From assembly GCA_965238005.1 (NCBI GenBank), contig OZ250165.1, positions 2,592,001 through 2,656,000 on the forward strand: a stretch of DNA of 64,000 nucleotides, written 5' to 3'. Below the pieces are notes generated by a model. The model was not told the DNA's origin and made no database searches. It saw nothing but the letters and a program-made list of their open reading frames with translations. Each line of letters begins with the position of its first letter. Position 1 is the stretch's first letter. Source of the DNA: Longimicrobiales bacterium (GTDB taxonomy: Bacteria; Gemmatimonadota; Gemmatimonadetes; Longimicrobiales; Gaopeijiaceae). The position numbers and the translations under genes are program-made. Shown piece by piece: positions 28,903 to 39,858 of this stretch.

Positions 28903-30993
28903 TCAGCCGACCGAGAAAAGCTTGAGGCGCTCCGCGTAGCGGTGATCCATGAGGCCGCGGATACGAGACACGCCCTCGCCCTCCAGCTCCGGGTCGGTTT
29001 CCACCAGAGCCCGAGCTCGTGTCTGTGCCTCCACGAGCAGCCCCTCGTCCCTCGACAGGTCGGCGAATCGAAGGATGGCGTCGCGACCGTGCTGCTGAGG
29101 TCCGAAGAGATCTCCCTGCCCCCGGATGCGCAGGTCCGCCTGGGCCACCGCGAAGCCATCGGACGTGTCCCTCAAGACCTTCAAGCGCTCCGCCGCCAGC
29201 TCGCCGGGCTCGGCGATGAGGATGCAATGGCTCTTCGACGGCCCGCGGCCGACCCGGCCGCGGAGCTGGTGGAGCTGCGACAGCCCGAAGCGCTCGGCGT
29301 GCTCGATGACCATCACGCTGGCGTTGGGGACGTCGATGCCCACTTCGATCACCGTGGTCGCCACAAGGATGTCCAGGTCACCGGCGAGGAACGCCCGCAT
29401 CACCCGATCCTTCTCGTCACTGGGAAGCTGACCGTGAATCAAGGCGACCCGCCGCTCCGGGAAGACCTTGCTGGCGAGACGCTCGTGCTCCTCCGTCGCC
29501 GAGCGCAGATCCACCTTGTCCGACTCGTCCACCAGCGGATAGACCACGTACGCCTGCCGGCCCGCCTCGAGCTCGGACTCGAGGAACCGGTAGACATCGT
29601 CCCGCTTGCTCGGGTAGCGGAGGAGCGTCTCCACCGGCTTCCGATCCGGTGGGAGCTCGCTGAGAATCGACAGATCCAGATCCCCATAAAGGGCCATGGC
29701 CAGAGACCGAGGGATGGGCGTGGCAGACATGATGAGTGCGTCGGGCCGTACCTCACGCTCACCGAGGACCATGCGCTGGCGGACTCCGAACCGGTGTTGC
29801 TCATCCACGACCATCAGGCCCAGATCGGAGAACTCCACCCCCTCCTGTATCAGCGCATGGGTGCCCACAATCAGACGCGCGCTCCCGTCCTTCAGGGCCG
29901 TCATGGTCTCTCTTCGCTCGGCGGCGCCCAACCGCCCGGTGAGCAGGTGGATCTGGAGATCCAGCGGCTCCACGAGCGTACCCAGCTTCCTGGCGTGCTG
30001 CTCCGCCAGGAGCTCCGTGGGAGCCATCAGCACCGCCTGAAATCCCCCTTCCACGGCCAGGAGCATGGCGAAGAGTGCAACGATGGTCTTCCCCGACCCC
30101 ACGTCGCCCTGAAGCATGCGGTTCATGCGACGGCTGGACCCCATGTCGGCGTAGATCTCCCTGAGGACCCGAGCCTGGGCGTCCGTCAGGCTGAACGACA
30201 GCGATTCATGCAGGGAGCGGATGAGCTCGTTCGTGCGCTCGAACACGATCCCGGGCACCTGAACCGATTCCCTGTACCGGACCTGGGCCTGGACCAGCTG
30301 CAGAAAGAACAGCTCGTCGAACGCCAGACGGCGACGGGCCGCCTCTACACTGCCCATGGACGCCGGACGGTGAAGCACGTCCAGTGCCTCCCCGAGTCCC
30401 GGCAGGCGGAGCCCGCTCTGCTCCGACGCGGTCAGGTACTCCTCCTCGGGCACTTCTCCAAGGAGTGCGTCCAGGTTATTCTCGAAAAGCCCCCTGAGGA
30501 CCCACTGTGGCACTTCCTCGCTCGCGGGGTACGTCACGAAGACGTGTCCGTGGTCACCCACGATGGGAGATTCGTCCGACGCCCGGGCCAGCACGGTGAA
30601 CTCCCTGGGTCGGAGCTGCCGCCCGTGGAAGAACCTCACCGGGCCGGTCACGAGGAGGAGGTCCCCCTCCCGGAGCTTCCGCTCCAACCACGGCTGCCCG
30701 GGCCAGGCGCACGTGATCATCCCCGAGTCGTCCTGGACGACGGCCTGGAAGATCCGGAGCCCCTTCCGGGTGGGGATCACGCCCTTGGAGCGAACACGAC
30801 CGACCGCCGTGACGTCCGCTCCCACAGCCAGGTCGGCGATGGGCTGAACCGTGGAGGCGTCGTCGTAGCGGCGAGGCACGTGATACAGGAGGTCCCGGGC
30901 CGTGGCGATCCCCATGCGTCCTAGGGCCCCGGCACGCACCGGGCCGACACCCTTCAGAAACTGGACTGGGCGGTCCAGCTTGAAGAAGCTCAC
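28903..30993 (-). CDS. recG: ATP-dependent DNA helicase RecG
   Basis: QGDVGSGKT, DEQHRFG, SATPIPRS and QLHQLRGRVGRG. Confidence 0.97.
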   Translation of the reverse strand: MSFFKLDRPVQFLKGVGPVRAGALGRMGIATARDLLYHVPRRYDDASTVQPIADLAVGADVTAVGRVRSKGVIPTRKGLRIFQAVVQDDSGMITCAWPGQPWLERKLREGDLLLVTGPVRFFHGRQLRPREFTVLARASDESPIVGDHGHVFVTYPASEEVPQWVLRGLFENNLDALLGEVPEEEYLTASEQSGLRLPGLGEALDVLHRPASMGSVEAARRRLAFDELFFLQLVQAQVRYRESVQVPGIVFERTNELIRSLHESLSFSLTDAQARVLREIYADMGSSRRMNRMLQGDVGSGKTIVALFAMLLAVEGGFQAVLMAPTELLAEQHARKLGTLVEPLDLQIHLLTGRLGAAERRETMTALKDGSARLIVGTHALIQEGVEFSDLGLMVVDEQHRFGVRQRMVLGEREVRPDALIMSATPIPRSLAMALYGDLDLSILSELPPDRKPVETLLRYPSKRDDVYRFLESELEAGRQAYVVYPLVDESDKVDLRSATEEHERLASKVFPERRVALIHGQLPSDEKDRVMRAFLAGDLDILVATTVIEVGIDVPNASVMVIEHAERFGLSQLHQLRGRVGRGPSKSHCILIAEPGELAAERLKVLRDTSDGFAVAQADLRIRGQGDLFGPQQHGRDAILRFADLSRDEGLLVEAQTRARALVETDPELEGEGVSRIRGLMDHRYAERLKLFSVG

Positions 30994-31913
30994 TCCTCGA
31001 ACACCCCTTCGATGAAGTCGTTCGGGTCGAACGCCGCCAGGTCGTCGATCCCCTCACCCAGGCCCACCAGCTTGACCGGCAGCCCGAACTCCTGCTGAAG
31101 GCCGACGACGATGCCCCCCCGGGCGGTGCTGTCCAGCTTGGCGAGGATGATACCCGAGAGGTCCACGATTTCCCGGAAGGCCCGAACCTGAGAGATGGCG
31201 TTCTGGCCCACGGTGGCGTCCAGAACGATGAGGGACTCGTGGGGCGCCCCCTCACAGCGACGCCTGATGACCCGATCCACCTTCCCCAGCTCCTCCATGA
31301 GGCCCCGCTGAGTGTGGAGACGCCCCGCCGTGTCCACCAGGACCACATCGATCCCTCTCGCCTCGGCGGCATCGATGGCGTCGAAGGCCACGGCGGCCGG
31401 GTCGCCGCCCTGCTGGCCTGCGACGAAGTCGGCTCCGACGCGCTCCGACCACTGGCGGAGCTGCTCTACCGCCCCCGCCCGGAAGGTGTCGGCGGCGGCC
31501 ACGAGCACGCTCTTGCCCTCTTTCCTGATCCAGTGGGCGAGCTTCGCTACGCACGTGGTCTTGCCGACCCCGTTGACACCGACCACAAGGTATACCGTGG
31601 GGCCTTCTTCGGCCGCGTGGAGGTACGACCCGGTGGCCGGTTCCAGGATCCGGGACATCTCGTCCTTGAGGGCCGCCCGAAGCTCCTTGCCTCCTCTGAC
31701 CTTCCCTCTCCGGGCCAAGCCGTCGACGTGATCCACGAGGCGCATGGTGGCGTCGACTCCGAAGTCGGAAGCGAGAAGGCGTTCCTCCAAGGACTCCACC
31801 GATTCATGGTCCACACCCCCCACGGCCACCCGGAGGTCGGTCAGCGCGAGGTCCACCGCCCTCCGCCAAAGTCCCGTCCTACGCTCTTTCTTCCGTTTGA
31901 ACAGTCGGGCCAT
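30990..31913 (-). CDS. ftsY: Signal recognition particle receptor FtsY
   Basis: GVNGVGKTT, DTFRAGA, DTAGR and KLDSTARGG. Confidence 0.96.
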   Translation of the reverse strand: MARLFKRKKERRTGLWRRAVDLALTDLRVAVGGVDHESVESLEERLLASDFGVDATMRLVDHVDGLARRGKVRGGKELRAALKDEMSRILEPATGSYLHAAEEGPTVYLVVGVNGVGKTTCVAKLAHWIRKEGKSVLVAAADTFRAGAVEQLRQWSERVGADFVAGQQGGDPAAVAFDAIDAAEARGIDVVLVDTAGRLHTQRGLMEELGKVDRVIRRRCEGAPHESLIVLDATVGQNAISQVRAFREIVDLSGIILAKLDSTARGGIVVGLQQEFGLPVKLVGLGEGIDDLAAFDPNDFIEGVFEE

Positions 31914-31919
31914 ACGGCG

Positions 31920-33896
31920 CTAGCGAAGCCCCCAGCGCCGGCGGCCGATCCACTCCGCCGACAAGAGGACGATGATCAGGAGGTAGGGGAACGGGTGCGT
32001 GCGGATCGGGCGTCCGGGCCGCCGATCGCCCAGCGGGGTCCTCTCGCCACCGGTGCGGGGCCCCGAGGTGAGCTCTGCAGGCTGCCTGAGCAGCTCGAGG
32101 CTGTGTCGCTCGGATTCCACGCGACCGCGCCCGATGGGGTCACCCTCACCCACGCGTGTGGCCCGGTAGGCGTACTCCGCCGCAGGTAGCCCCCGGGTGC
32201 GTGCCTCTCCGACGCCGTCCACGACCACCGTGGTGTCCATGACCACCGAGTCCCCGGCGGAGATCGTCAGTACGATGGAATCGCCGGTCATGCCCGGCGC
32301 CCGCCACGTCGGCTCCTCCCAGACGCTCCAGACCCGGGTGGCGGGACGGATCTCGGCACGTTCCTCGACGGGGGTGGAGGCCAGAAGCCATCCGACGACG
32401 CCTGCCCACAGCCGCCGGTAGACCTGCCGATCAGAGCCCTCACGGAACGCCCATCGCCAGAATCCCGATGCGAGCACCACGGCCTGGCGCCGCCCCTGAT
32501 CCTCCCTGAGCACAAGGGCCGCCTCCGCGGGTCCAGTCCCCTGGAGCTGCAACTGCAACGGACTGGTCCCAGACTCGGGCCGCACCCTCGGGAGGACGTT
32601 GCCGAGTGGGGGCAGTCCCGTCAGATCCGCCCCGGCCAGACTGGCGGCCAAAGGAGACGGCGGGAGGTCCGGCACGGGATACCACTCTCCGGGCAGGGGA
32701 GGCCCGACCCGCACGCCGGCGGCCATGGCTCCTCCGGGATCGGCGGGGAACAACAGCACACGGGGACTCCCGGCCATGGCCTCCGTCACCCACCGAGGCT
32801 GATTCCTACCGACTCCGTGAAGGACGAGGAAGTCGGCACCCGAGGCGGCCCTGCGCACGTCGGCCTCACCCGACGACCCACCGGCATCCGCCCCGGCACC
32901 CAACTGCAGATAGCGGCCGTCACCCATGGCGAGGAAACCGCGGGTATCGAGGCCCGTCACCTGGGAGAGCACGGGCAGCAGGAAGCGCGGCTCCCAATCG
33001 GGCCGGAGCGAGACCAGGACCAGACCGCCCTCCTCGGGATCGACCTCGACGAAGGCCGCCTTGGTGTCGTCCCCGGCGAAGTCGTCCCCCTCCAGCTCCA
33101 CCGACAGCCGGTACCGTATCCAACCCGACGAACGAGGAACCGGGAGGCGAATCGAAGTCGTGGCCAGGCGTCCGAAGCCGGCGGGCAGGACTCCCAACGA
33201 AGCGGCGAGACGACCCTCTTCGAAGATCTGCAGACGGATCGTATCGGCAGGCCCGGCTTCTTCTGAAAAGACCGCCACCTGGGCCACCAGGGTGTCCCCG
33301 GACTCGGCTCTCCTCGGCAGCTCGAACCGGGCTATGCCGGCATTTCGGATCCCCTCCTCCCCGCTCTCGCTCCGGAGATCCAGGGACAGACGCTGCGCCG
33401 TCAGGTTCGCCTCGACAGGATCATCCAGCCGCAGATCCGAGAGTATCGTCACCCCCTCGGCACCGGACTCCGCCACGCGGGCCAGGGCGGGTGCCAGTCG
33501 GGAAGTTCCCTCGGTCGGCAGGAGAGTCTCGAGGGAATCCGCCGGGACGATCCTCGGGGTGCCTCCGAACACTAGGATCTGTGCCCCCTCGGCGGCGAGC
33601 TGCTGGGCCCTCGCCAATGCTACGGTCCAGGCAGCCTCGCCCCCGTCCGCGCCCGCCTCCATGCTGGCCGAACCATCGAGGAGCACCCAGCGGTCAGCCC
33701 CCGCGAAGGCTCCGGCTCGGCTGCCGGGCAGACGTGGATCCCAGAGGAGCAGGAGAACCATGACGAGGACGAGCCCCCGGGCGACCCCCAGCACATCGCG
33801 GCCTGGAATCGGGAGCTCCCGCCGATAGTAGATCCACGCGGCGAACGCAGCGGCAGCAGCAGCCAGGGCTCCGAAAACGAGCCAGGAAAAGGTCAC
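31920..33896 (-). CDS. Membrane-anchored vWA-like domain protein
   Basis: N-terminal TM helices, LLDGSASM MIDAS-like motif, C-terminal EWIGRRRWGL; GTG at 33896. Confidence 0.7.
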   Translation of the reverse strand: MTFSWLVFGALAAAAAAFAAWIYYRRELPIPGRDVLGVARGLVLVMVLLLLWDPRLPGSRAGAFAGADRWVLLDGSASMEAGADGGEAAWTVALARAQQLAAEGAQILVFGGTPRIVPADSLETLLPTEGTSRLAPALARVAESGAEGVTILSDLRLDDPVEANLTAQRLSLDLRSESGEEGIRNAGIARFELPRRAESGDTLVAQVAVFSEEAGPADTIRLQIFEEGRLAASLGVLPAGFGRLATTSIRLPVPRSSGWIRYRLSVELEGDDFAGDDTKAAFVEVDPEEGGLVLVSLRPDWEPRFLLPVLSQVTGLDTRGFLAMGDGRYLQLGAGADAGGSSGEADVRRAASGADFLVLHGVGRNQPRWVTEAMAGSPRVLLFPADPGGAMAAGVRVGPPLPGEWYPVPDLPPSPLAASLAGADLTGLPPLGNVLPRVRPESGTSPLQLQLQGTGPAEAALVLREDQGRRQAVVLASGFWRWAFREGSDRQVYRRLWAGVVGWLLASTPVEERAEIRPATRVWSVWEEPTWRAPGMTGDSIVLTISAGDSVVMDTTVVVDGVGEARTRGLPAAEYAYRATRVGEGDPIGRGRVESERHSLELLRQPAELTSGPRTGGERTPLGDRRPGRPIRTHPFPYLLIIVLLSAEWIGRRRWGLR

Positions 33897-35203
33897 CGCG
33901 CTCCCGGACCCGACTGGACGCCATCCCCGACTTTCACGGCGAGATCGACGTCCCACGGAAGCGGTAGGCGGTCCAGGAGAGCCAGGTGCTCACTGCTCTG
34001 GACCTCCCAGACTTCCCACTGGTCCGTCGGAACCGGATCGCCAGCCGGAAGGTCCACCGCCAGGGGATCCTTGGGATTGCCGTGGCTGCGCATCTCGTAG
34101 TGGAGGTGGGGGCCCGTGGCCAGGCCGGTCGTGCCGACGTACCCGATGACATCCTCCTGCTTGATCGGGCTACCCACCCTGATCCCCGGGGCAAACCGGG
34201 TCATGTGGCCGTAGCGCGTGGTCCAGCCGTTCGAATGCTGGAGCTCGATCATGTTCCCCAACGCGCTGTCGTTGCCGCGCCGGGTGACCATGCCGTTGCC
34301 CGTCGCACGGACCGGTGTGCCGGTGCTCGCCGCGAAGTCCACCCCCCGGTGGGCGCGCCATGTCTTGAGAATGGGATGGAACCGGCTGCTGGTGAAGCCG
34401 CTCGAGATGCGGTAGCGCAGCGCGATGGGGCTCTTGAGGAAGGCCCGGCGCACCGAGTTGCCCTCGGGGTCGTAGTAGGTCCCGCTCCCGTCGCGGTTGG
34501 GGTCGAACCAGAGCGCCTGGAGGCTGCGCCCGCGATTCACCAGCTCAGCGGACAGGACGTGCCCGGTGCGCATGGTGCCGTCGGGCCGGACCTCGCGCTC
34601 GAAGGCGAAGCGGTAGAAGTCACCCGATCGGATCTGACGCAGAAAGTCGACCTGCCACTGGAAGACCTTCTCCAGCTCTAGGATGAGCTCTGCCCGATCG
34701 TTGAGATCCACGCCGTCGAGGTCCTCGTTCCCGTAGACCGACTCCCACAGCGACGAGCGGATCTCTCCCGCCACCCAGACGGTGTCGGTAAGGACCGGCG
34801 TCCTTATGAGCTCGGAGTTCCATCCCACGGCCGTGGGAGCTAAACGAATCGTCTGGTCTGCATTGATCTTGATGTCGACGGCCCGAAGCACGGGAGAGTC
34901 GCCCTGAAGCCACCGGAACGCCACCTCGGTCCCGGGGCGCATCCGGCGGGGGCTGGCCTGCTCCCGTAGGGCAAGGATCAGCCCGGACTGGGCATTGGCG
35001 TCCAGGACCCCCGAAAGGAGGTCGCCGAGGGTCTGATCCTGGGCGAGGGAGCGAACCTCCACCCGCTCGGCCGGAGCGGCGTAGATGGGCTCCACAAGGG
35101 CCACCGTGAGCACCTCTTCGCCTCTGAAGAGGGCGAAGGCGGCCACGAGGGCCAAGAGCCCCACAAGGCCGACGAATTGCCGTACAATTGAGCCCGAACG
35201 CAC
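33893..35203 (-). CDS. M23 family peptidoglycan DD-endopeptidase (MepM-like)
   Basis: HRGVD, RYGH and GPHLHYE zinc motifs; N-terminal membrane anchor. Confidence 0.92.
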   Translation of the reverse strand: MRSGSIVRQFVGLVGLLALVAAFALFRGEEVLTVALVEPIYAAPAERVEVRSLAQDQTLGDLLSGVLDANAQSGLILALREQASPRRMRPGTEVAFRWLQGDSPVLRAVDIKINADQTIRLAPTAVGWNSELIRTPVLTDTVWVAGEIRSSLWESVYGNEDLDGVDLNDRAELILELEKVFQWQVDFLRQIRSGDFYRFAFEREVRPDGTMRTGHVLSAELVNRGRSLQALWFDPNRDGSGTYYDPEGNSVRRAFLKSPIALRYRISSGFTSSRFHPILKTWRAHRGVDFAASTGTPVRATGNGMVTRRGNDSALGNMIELQHSNGWTTRYGHMTRFAPGIRVGSPIKQEDVIGYVGTTGLATGPHLHYEMRSHGNPKDPLAVDLPAGDPVPTDQWEVWEVQSSEHLALLDRLPLPWDVDLAVKVGDGVQSGPGAR

Positions 35204-35248
35204 CAGTTGCCGCCCTTCGTCTATGTGCTGCGGCCCTGGGGCCGCTAC

Positions 35249-36409
35249 TCAGTCCATCTGCCGACGGATGAAGGTCGGGATGTCCAACTCACCGATCTGC
35301 TCTCGCGTCACGACCCGCTCCGGAAGCCGGGGAAGCGGCACGACCCCAGCCGGGCTGCCGCCGACGGCGACCGCCCGTAGCGGCTGCTCAACCTGACGTT
35401 GGGGCTGCGGCTGTACCGCGGTGTGCGTGCCGAAGTCCGGGCGGATCACATCGTCGAAGCCGGTCGCGATGACGGTGACCCTGATCTTCCCTTCCAATGC
35501 TGGGTCGTGCACCGCACCGAAGATGATCTCCGACTCTTCGCCGACCTCTTCTTGAATAATAGTCGATATCCGGTGGACCTCGTCAATGGCGAGATCCATG
35601 CCCCCGGTGATGTTGATCAACACCCCCTGGGCACCGTTGATGGACACATTGTCCAGCAACGGAGAGGAGACGGCTTCCTGGGCCGCTTCCTGCGCCCGAT
35701 TCTCGCCCTCGCCGAATCCGGACCCCATGAGGGCTGGTCCGCGGCACGCCATGATGGTGCGCACGTCCGCGAAGTCCACGTTCACCTCTCCAGAGACCCG
35801 TATGAGGTCACTGATGCCCTGGGTGGCGTGAAGGAGGACCTCGTCGGCCCTCTTCAGCGCGTCGCGGAACGAGGTCCCCTTGGGCACGACCGACATGAGG
35901 CGATCGTTGGGGACGACGATCATCGTGTCGACGCTCCGGCGAAGCTCGGCGAGCCCCTGATCCGCCTGACGCTCCCGCTTCTTTCCCTCGAAGGAGAACG
36001 GCTTCGTCACGATCCCTATGGTGAGCGCGCCCATCTCCCGGGCGATCTCCCCGATGATGGGAGCGGCGCCCGTCCCCGTACCGCCGCCCATACCGGCCGT
36101 GATGAAGACCAGGTCGGCCCCTTCCAGGACCTTGCGAACCTCGTCAGCACTCTCGGCGATGGCCTGACGGCCGATCTCCGGGCGGGCACCGGCGCCCAAT
36201 CCCCGCGTCAGCTTCTTGCCCAACTGCATCGTGACCTGGGCACGGGAGCTCTTCAGGGCTTGGGCATCGGTGTTCGCCGAGATGAACTCCACGCCCTCCA
36301 AGTCCTCGTCGACCATCCGGTTGACGGCGTTGCCGCCTGCCCCCCCAACCCCCACCACCTTCATTCGGGCGTTCTGGATCGGGGTGTCTTCGAATTCGAA
36401 AATCATCAT
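35249..36409 (-). CDS. ftsZ: Cell division protein FtsZ
   Basis: [23 protein letters not shown] and C-terminal [16 protein letters not shown] before ATG 36409. Confidence 0.98.
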   Translation of the reverse strand: MMIFEFEDTPIQNARMKVVGVGGAGGNAVNRMVDEDLEGVEFISANTDAQALKSSRAQVTMQLGKKLTRGLGAGARPEIGRQAIAESADEVRKVLEGADLVFITAGMGGGTGTGAAPIIGEIAREMGALTIGIVTKPFSFEGKKRERQADQGLAELRRSVDTMIVVPNDRLMSVVPKGTSFRDALKRADEVLLHATQGISDLIRVSGEVNVDFADVRTIMACRGPALMGSGFGEGENRAQEAAQEAVSSPLLDNVSINGAQGVLINITGGMDLAIDEVHRISTIIQEEVGEESEIIFGAVHDPALEGKIRVTVIATGFDDVIRPDFGTHTAVQPQPQRQVEQPLRAVAVGGSPAGVVPLPRLPERVVTREQIGELDIPTFIRRQMD

Positions 36410-36452
36410 CAGTTGACTCCCGTGCGGGGGTTGATTGAAGTCGTTCACGTTC

Positions 36453-37682
36453 CTAGAAGAATTCCCTTAGCCACGAACCGACCTTCGAAACGAGGCCGGA
36501 CGTGAGCGTCGACGCACCCTCTCCCGTCTGCTCGAAGCGATCGGCTCCGTAGAGGACGAGGCCGGCCGCGGTCGCGAACTTCGGACGGCCCACGGAGTCC
36601 GCCAGCCCACCGAGGCCCTCGCCCGGGGCACCGCACCGGACCGGAGCCGCGAACACCTGCCGCGCCAGCTCCGCGATCCCGTACAGTGCCGAGGCGCCGC
36701 CGGTGAGCACGATTCCGGCGCCCAGCTTGTTCAGCAGGTCCTGTCGCTCGAGCTCGCTCTGGACCAGTCCGAACATCTCGTCCAGGCGCTGCTCCATCAC
36801 GTGGGCGATGAGCTCTCGAGCCACGTGCCGCTTCTGGCCGGGGCTCGGTCCAGGCAGCTCCACGGTCTCCTGGGGATCCACCATCTGCGCGAAGGCGACC
36901 CCGAAGCGCTCCATGGCCTTCTTGGCCTCGGCGAAGGGGATCGAGAGCCCCCTTACCAGGTCGTTCGTTACGGTGATCCCACCCGCGGGAAGAACGGCCA
37001 CATGGCGGATCTCCCCGTTGTAGTACGCGGCCAGATCGGTGGTGCAGGCGCCCATCTCGACCATGGCCACGCCCACTTCCTTTTCGTCCTCGGTCAGCAC
37101 CGCCTGGGCCGCAGCCAGAGGCTCCAGAACCAGCTCCTGGACCCGATAGCCAGCCCTCTGCACGGACTTTCTGATGTTCTCGGCGGCGGAGGCCGAGCCG
37201 GTCACCAGGTAGACCTCGGCCTCCAGACGGGTGCCCACCATGCCGATGGGATCCTTGATACCGCGCTGGTGATCGACGATGTAGTCCTGGGGGATGGCGT
37301 GGAGGAGCTCCCGGTCCGGCGGATGGGCCACGGCCCGAGCCACCTCATGGACGCGCTGCAGGTCGAAGCGCGAGACCTCGTCTTCGGAGACTGCGACGAC
37401 TCCTGGAGACGTCATGGCTCTGATGTGCTCACCGCTGATGCCGACGTAGACCCGATCCACGCTCACCCCGGCCATGAGCTCGGCCTCTTCGAGGGCGGCC
37501 TTGACGGACTCCGTGGTCTCGTCGATGTGCGTGACGACCTGCCGCATGCCCGTGCTCTTGGCCTGCCCCACCCCGAGTATCTTCAGCTCGCGCCTGAGGA
37601 ACGGATCCTCGTGGACTTCCGCGATGACCGCGCGGGTCTTCGTCGTCCCGAGGTCCACACCGGCGATGAGGATCGAGTGCAT
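36453..37682 (-). CDS. ftsA: Cell division protein FtsA
   Basis: DLGTTK, LEPLA, VLTGG, C-terminal amphipathic helix WLREFF. Confidence 0.96.
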   Translation of the reverse strand: MHSILIAGVDLGTTKTRAVIAEVHEDPFLRRELKILGVGQAKSTGMRQVVTHIDETTESVKAALEEAELMAGVSVDRVYVGISGEHIRAMTSPGVVAVSEDEVSRFDLQRVHEVARAVAHPPDRELLHAIPQDYIVDHQRGIKDPIGMVGTRLEAEVYLVTGSASAAENIRKSVQRAGYRVQELVLEPLAAAQAVLTEDEKEVGVAMVEMGACTTDLAAYYNGEIRHVAVLPAGGITVTNDLVRGLSIPFAEAKKAMERFGVAFAQMVDPQETVELPGPSPGQKRHVARELIAHVMEQRLDEMFGLVQSELERQDLLNKLGAGIVLTGGASALYGIAELARQVFAAPVRCGAPGEGLGGLADSVGRPKFATAAGLVLYGADRFEQTGEGASTLTSGLVSKVGSWLREFF

Positions 37683-38435
37683 CTAGCGTTCCGTTGTCGA
37701 AGTTCGCGAGCCACCAAGAGGGTCGTAGGAGACCACGACCTGGTCCGCGTATCGGAGATCTACGATGGCCGCCCGCTGGTCCGGCCGGCGTCGGTCGGCG
37801 TCTTCGAGAACCGTGAGTCCGTCCCGCAACCGTCGATGAGATAGGGGCGGACGGAACCTGACGCGCACGCCTCCTTCCACGATGGCCGTTGCATATCCCT
37901 TGTCGTCCAGCGCGATCTCGGACACGGCGGCCATGAAGGAGGGGTCGTCGGCCGTCAGGCGCTCTACCTCCATGGCCAGAATCCGCAGCTGTGGCGTAGA
38001 GAGGCGCGTCATGCCCTGGTCTGCACGGAGCAGCGGCAGATCCATCCGATGCTCGCCCGGATCCAAAGGCAGGACCTGGCCATCACGGTCCACTGGCTCC
38101 AGGAGGGCGTTGGCGACCAAGGCGACGGGAACCCTCTCCTCCACCGTGACGACCAGAGTCGCCGGGAGGTCCCGGGTGACCTTGGCGCGACGGATGAGGG
38201 GGTGTCGCTCCAGGCGACGCTCCCATGAGTCCGTAGCATCGAAGACACTTGCGTAGGACGGTATGGATGCCGCCTCCAGGACCTCGTCCTCTTCGACGAT
38301 CCGAGCCCCGACCACACGGAACTCCGTCGCCCGGAAGTACTCCAGCTCGGCGAGTGCGTCCGCAAGCCACGCGGCCGCCAGCGCCACGCCACCGGCAACG
38401 CAGAGCCAAAGCCCGACGCGGAGGAGCCTACGCAT
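37683..38435 (-). CDS. ftsQ: Cell division protein FtsQ/DivIB
   Basis: N-terminal TM, POTRA-like region, DLRYADQVVV; position in the dcw cluster. Confidence 0.88.
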   Translation of the reverse strand: MRRLLRVGLWLCVAGGVALAAAWLADALAELEYFRATEFRVVGARIVEEDEVLEAASIPSYASVFDATDSWERRLERHPLIRRAKVTRDLPATLVVTVEERVPVALVANALLEPVDRDGQVLPLDPGEHRMDLPLLRADQGMTRLSTPQLRILAMEVERLTADDPSFMAAVSEIALDDKGYATAIVEGGVRVRFRPPLSHRRLRDGLTVLEDADRRRPDQRAAIVDLRYADQVVVSYDPLGGSRTSTTER

Positions 38436-39858
38436 GATCCACCGCCTTCAAGAGCCCGAGAACCCGGGCGGCAACCTGCTCGACTGAGCCGGCTCCCATG
38501 GTCAGCAGGAGATCACCCGGCGCGAGATCCGAGGCCACCGCCTGGGCCAGAGTGTCCAACTCCGCGTGATAACGCACACCGCCCCCGGCCCGCTCGACGG
38601 CGGCCGACACCAGCTCGCCTGTGACGCCCGGGATCGGTGCCTCCCGAGCCGGGAAGATATCCGTGACCCAGACGACGTCCGCGCCTGCCAGCGCCCGTCC
38701 GAAGTCGTCCGCGAAGTCGCGCGTCCGGCTGAAGAGGTGCGGCTGGAAGACGGCCACCAGCCTGCGACCGGGGTGGGCCTCCCGGGCCGCCTCGAGGGTG
38801 GCCGAGATCTCCGACGGGTGGTGCGCGTAGTCGTCCACCACCAGGATATCACTCTCCCAGCCCACGGTCTCGAAGCGGCGATCCACGCCCTGGTATGCCG
38901 CCAGCCCCCTCCGGATATCGTCCCAGTCCGCCCCGAAGCAGCGGGCCGCGCCGGCCGCGCCCAGGGCGTTCCGCAGATTGTGGACGCCGGGCGCTGCAAG
39001 GTCGAAGGTCCCCCGATCGGTACCGTCTTCCACGATCCGGAACTCCATACCAGTGGAGCGCGCCCTTACGTCCACGGCCCGAAGCTGCGACCCGGCGGCG
39101 GTCCCGTAGGTGTAGCCCCGGCCGTTCAACCGAGCCAGGAGCCGGCTCGCGCCGTGGTCGTCTCCGCAGATGATGCCGCGGCCGTCGTCCGGGAGAGCCT
39201 CGAGGAACTCACGGAAGGCTCCCATGACGCCCTCCATCCCACCGTACGTGTCGAGGTGATCGGCCTCGACGTTGGTCACCACGGCCACCGTGGGCTCCAG
39301 CTCGAGGAAGGACCGGTCGTACTCGTCGGCCTCGACCACGTACAGATCGCCGCCGGAGCGCAGGTTGCCGTCCCAACCGGGAACCCGGCCACCCACGAGG
39401 CCCGTGGGATCCAGTCCAGCCTCCGTGAGGATCTCCGTAGCCATGGCGGTGGTGGACGTCTTCCCGTGGGTACCTGCAATGGCGAGCACCCTGCCGCCGT
39501 TTACCCACAGCCCGAGGGCCTCGGCCCTCTTCAAGACCGGTATGCCGCGGCCGTGGGCCTGTTGGATCTCGGGGTGGTCGGCAGGCACGGCCGCGCTTAC
39601 CACGAGGGCCCCGGCCCCCTCCAGGTGCTCGGGCTCATGGCCCTCGTGGATCGTCACGTCCATGGCTCGCAGGCGGTCGGTGCTGGGCCCGGGCCGGAGG
39701 TCGCAGCCCGAGACGCGGCCCCCACTCCGGGCAACGAGCTCCGCCAGAGCGCACATGCCGGCGCCACCGACGCCCATGAAGTGGACTTGTCCCTCACGGG
39801 CCAGCTGGCGCAGATCATCTCCGCTCAGGGGATCGGGCGCTCGGTAGCGGGCCATCAT
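38428..39858 (-). CDS. murC: UDP-N-acetylmuramate--L-alanine ligase
   Basis: HFMGVGGAGM, GTHGKTST, EADEYDRSF, DDYAHHP and FQPH. Confidence 0.96.
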   Translation of the reverse strand: MMARYRAPDPLSGDDLRQLAREGQVHFMGVGGAGMCALAELVARSGGRVSGCDLRPGPSTDRLRAMDVTIHEGHEPEHLEGAGALVVSAAVPADHPEIQQAHGRGIPVLKRAEALGLWVNGGRVLAIAGTHGKTSTTAMATEILTEAGLDPTGLVGGRVPGWDGNLRSGGDLYVVEADEYDRSFLELEPTVAVVTNVEADHLDTYGGMEGVMGAFREFLEALPDDGRGIICGDDHGASRLLARLNGRGYTYGTAAGSQLRAVDVRARSTGMEFRIVEDGTDRGTFDLAAPGVHNLRNALGAAGAARCFGADWDDIRRGLAAYQGVDRRFETVGWESDILVVDDYAHHPSEISATLEAAREAHPGRRLVAVFQPHLFSRTRDFADDFGRALAGADVVWVTDIFPAREAPIPGVTGELVSAAVERAGGGVRYHAELDTLAQAVASDLAPGDLLLTMGAGSVEQVAARVLGLLKAVDHA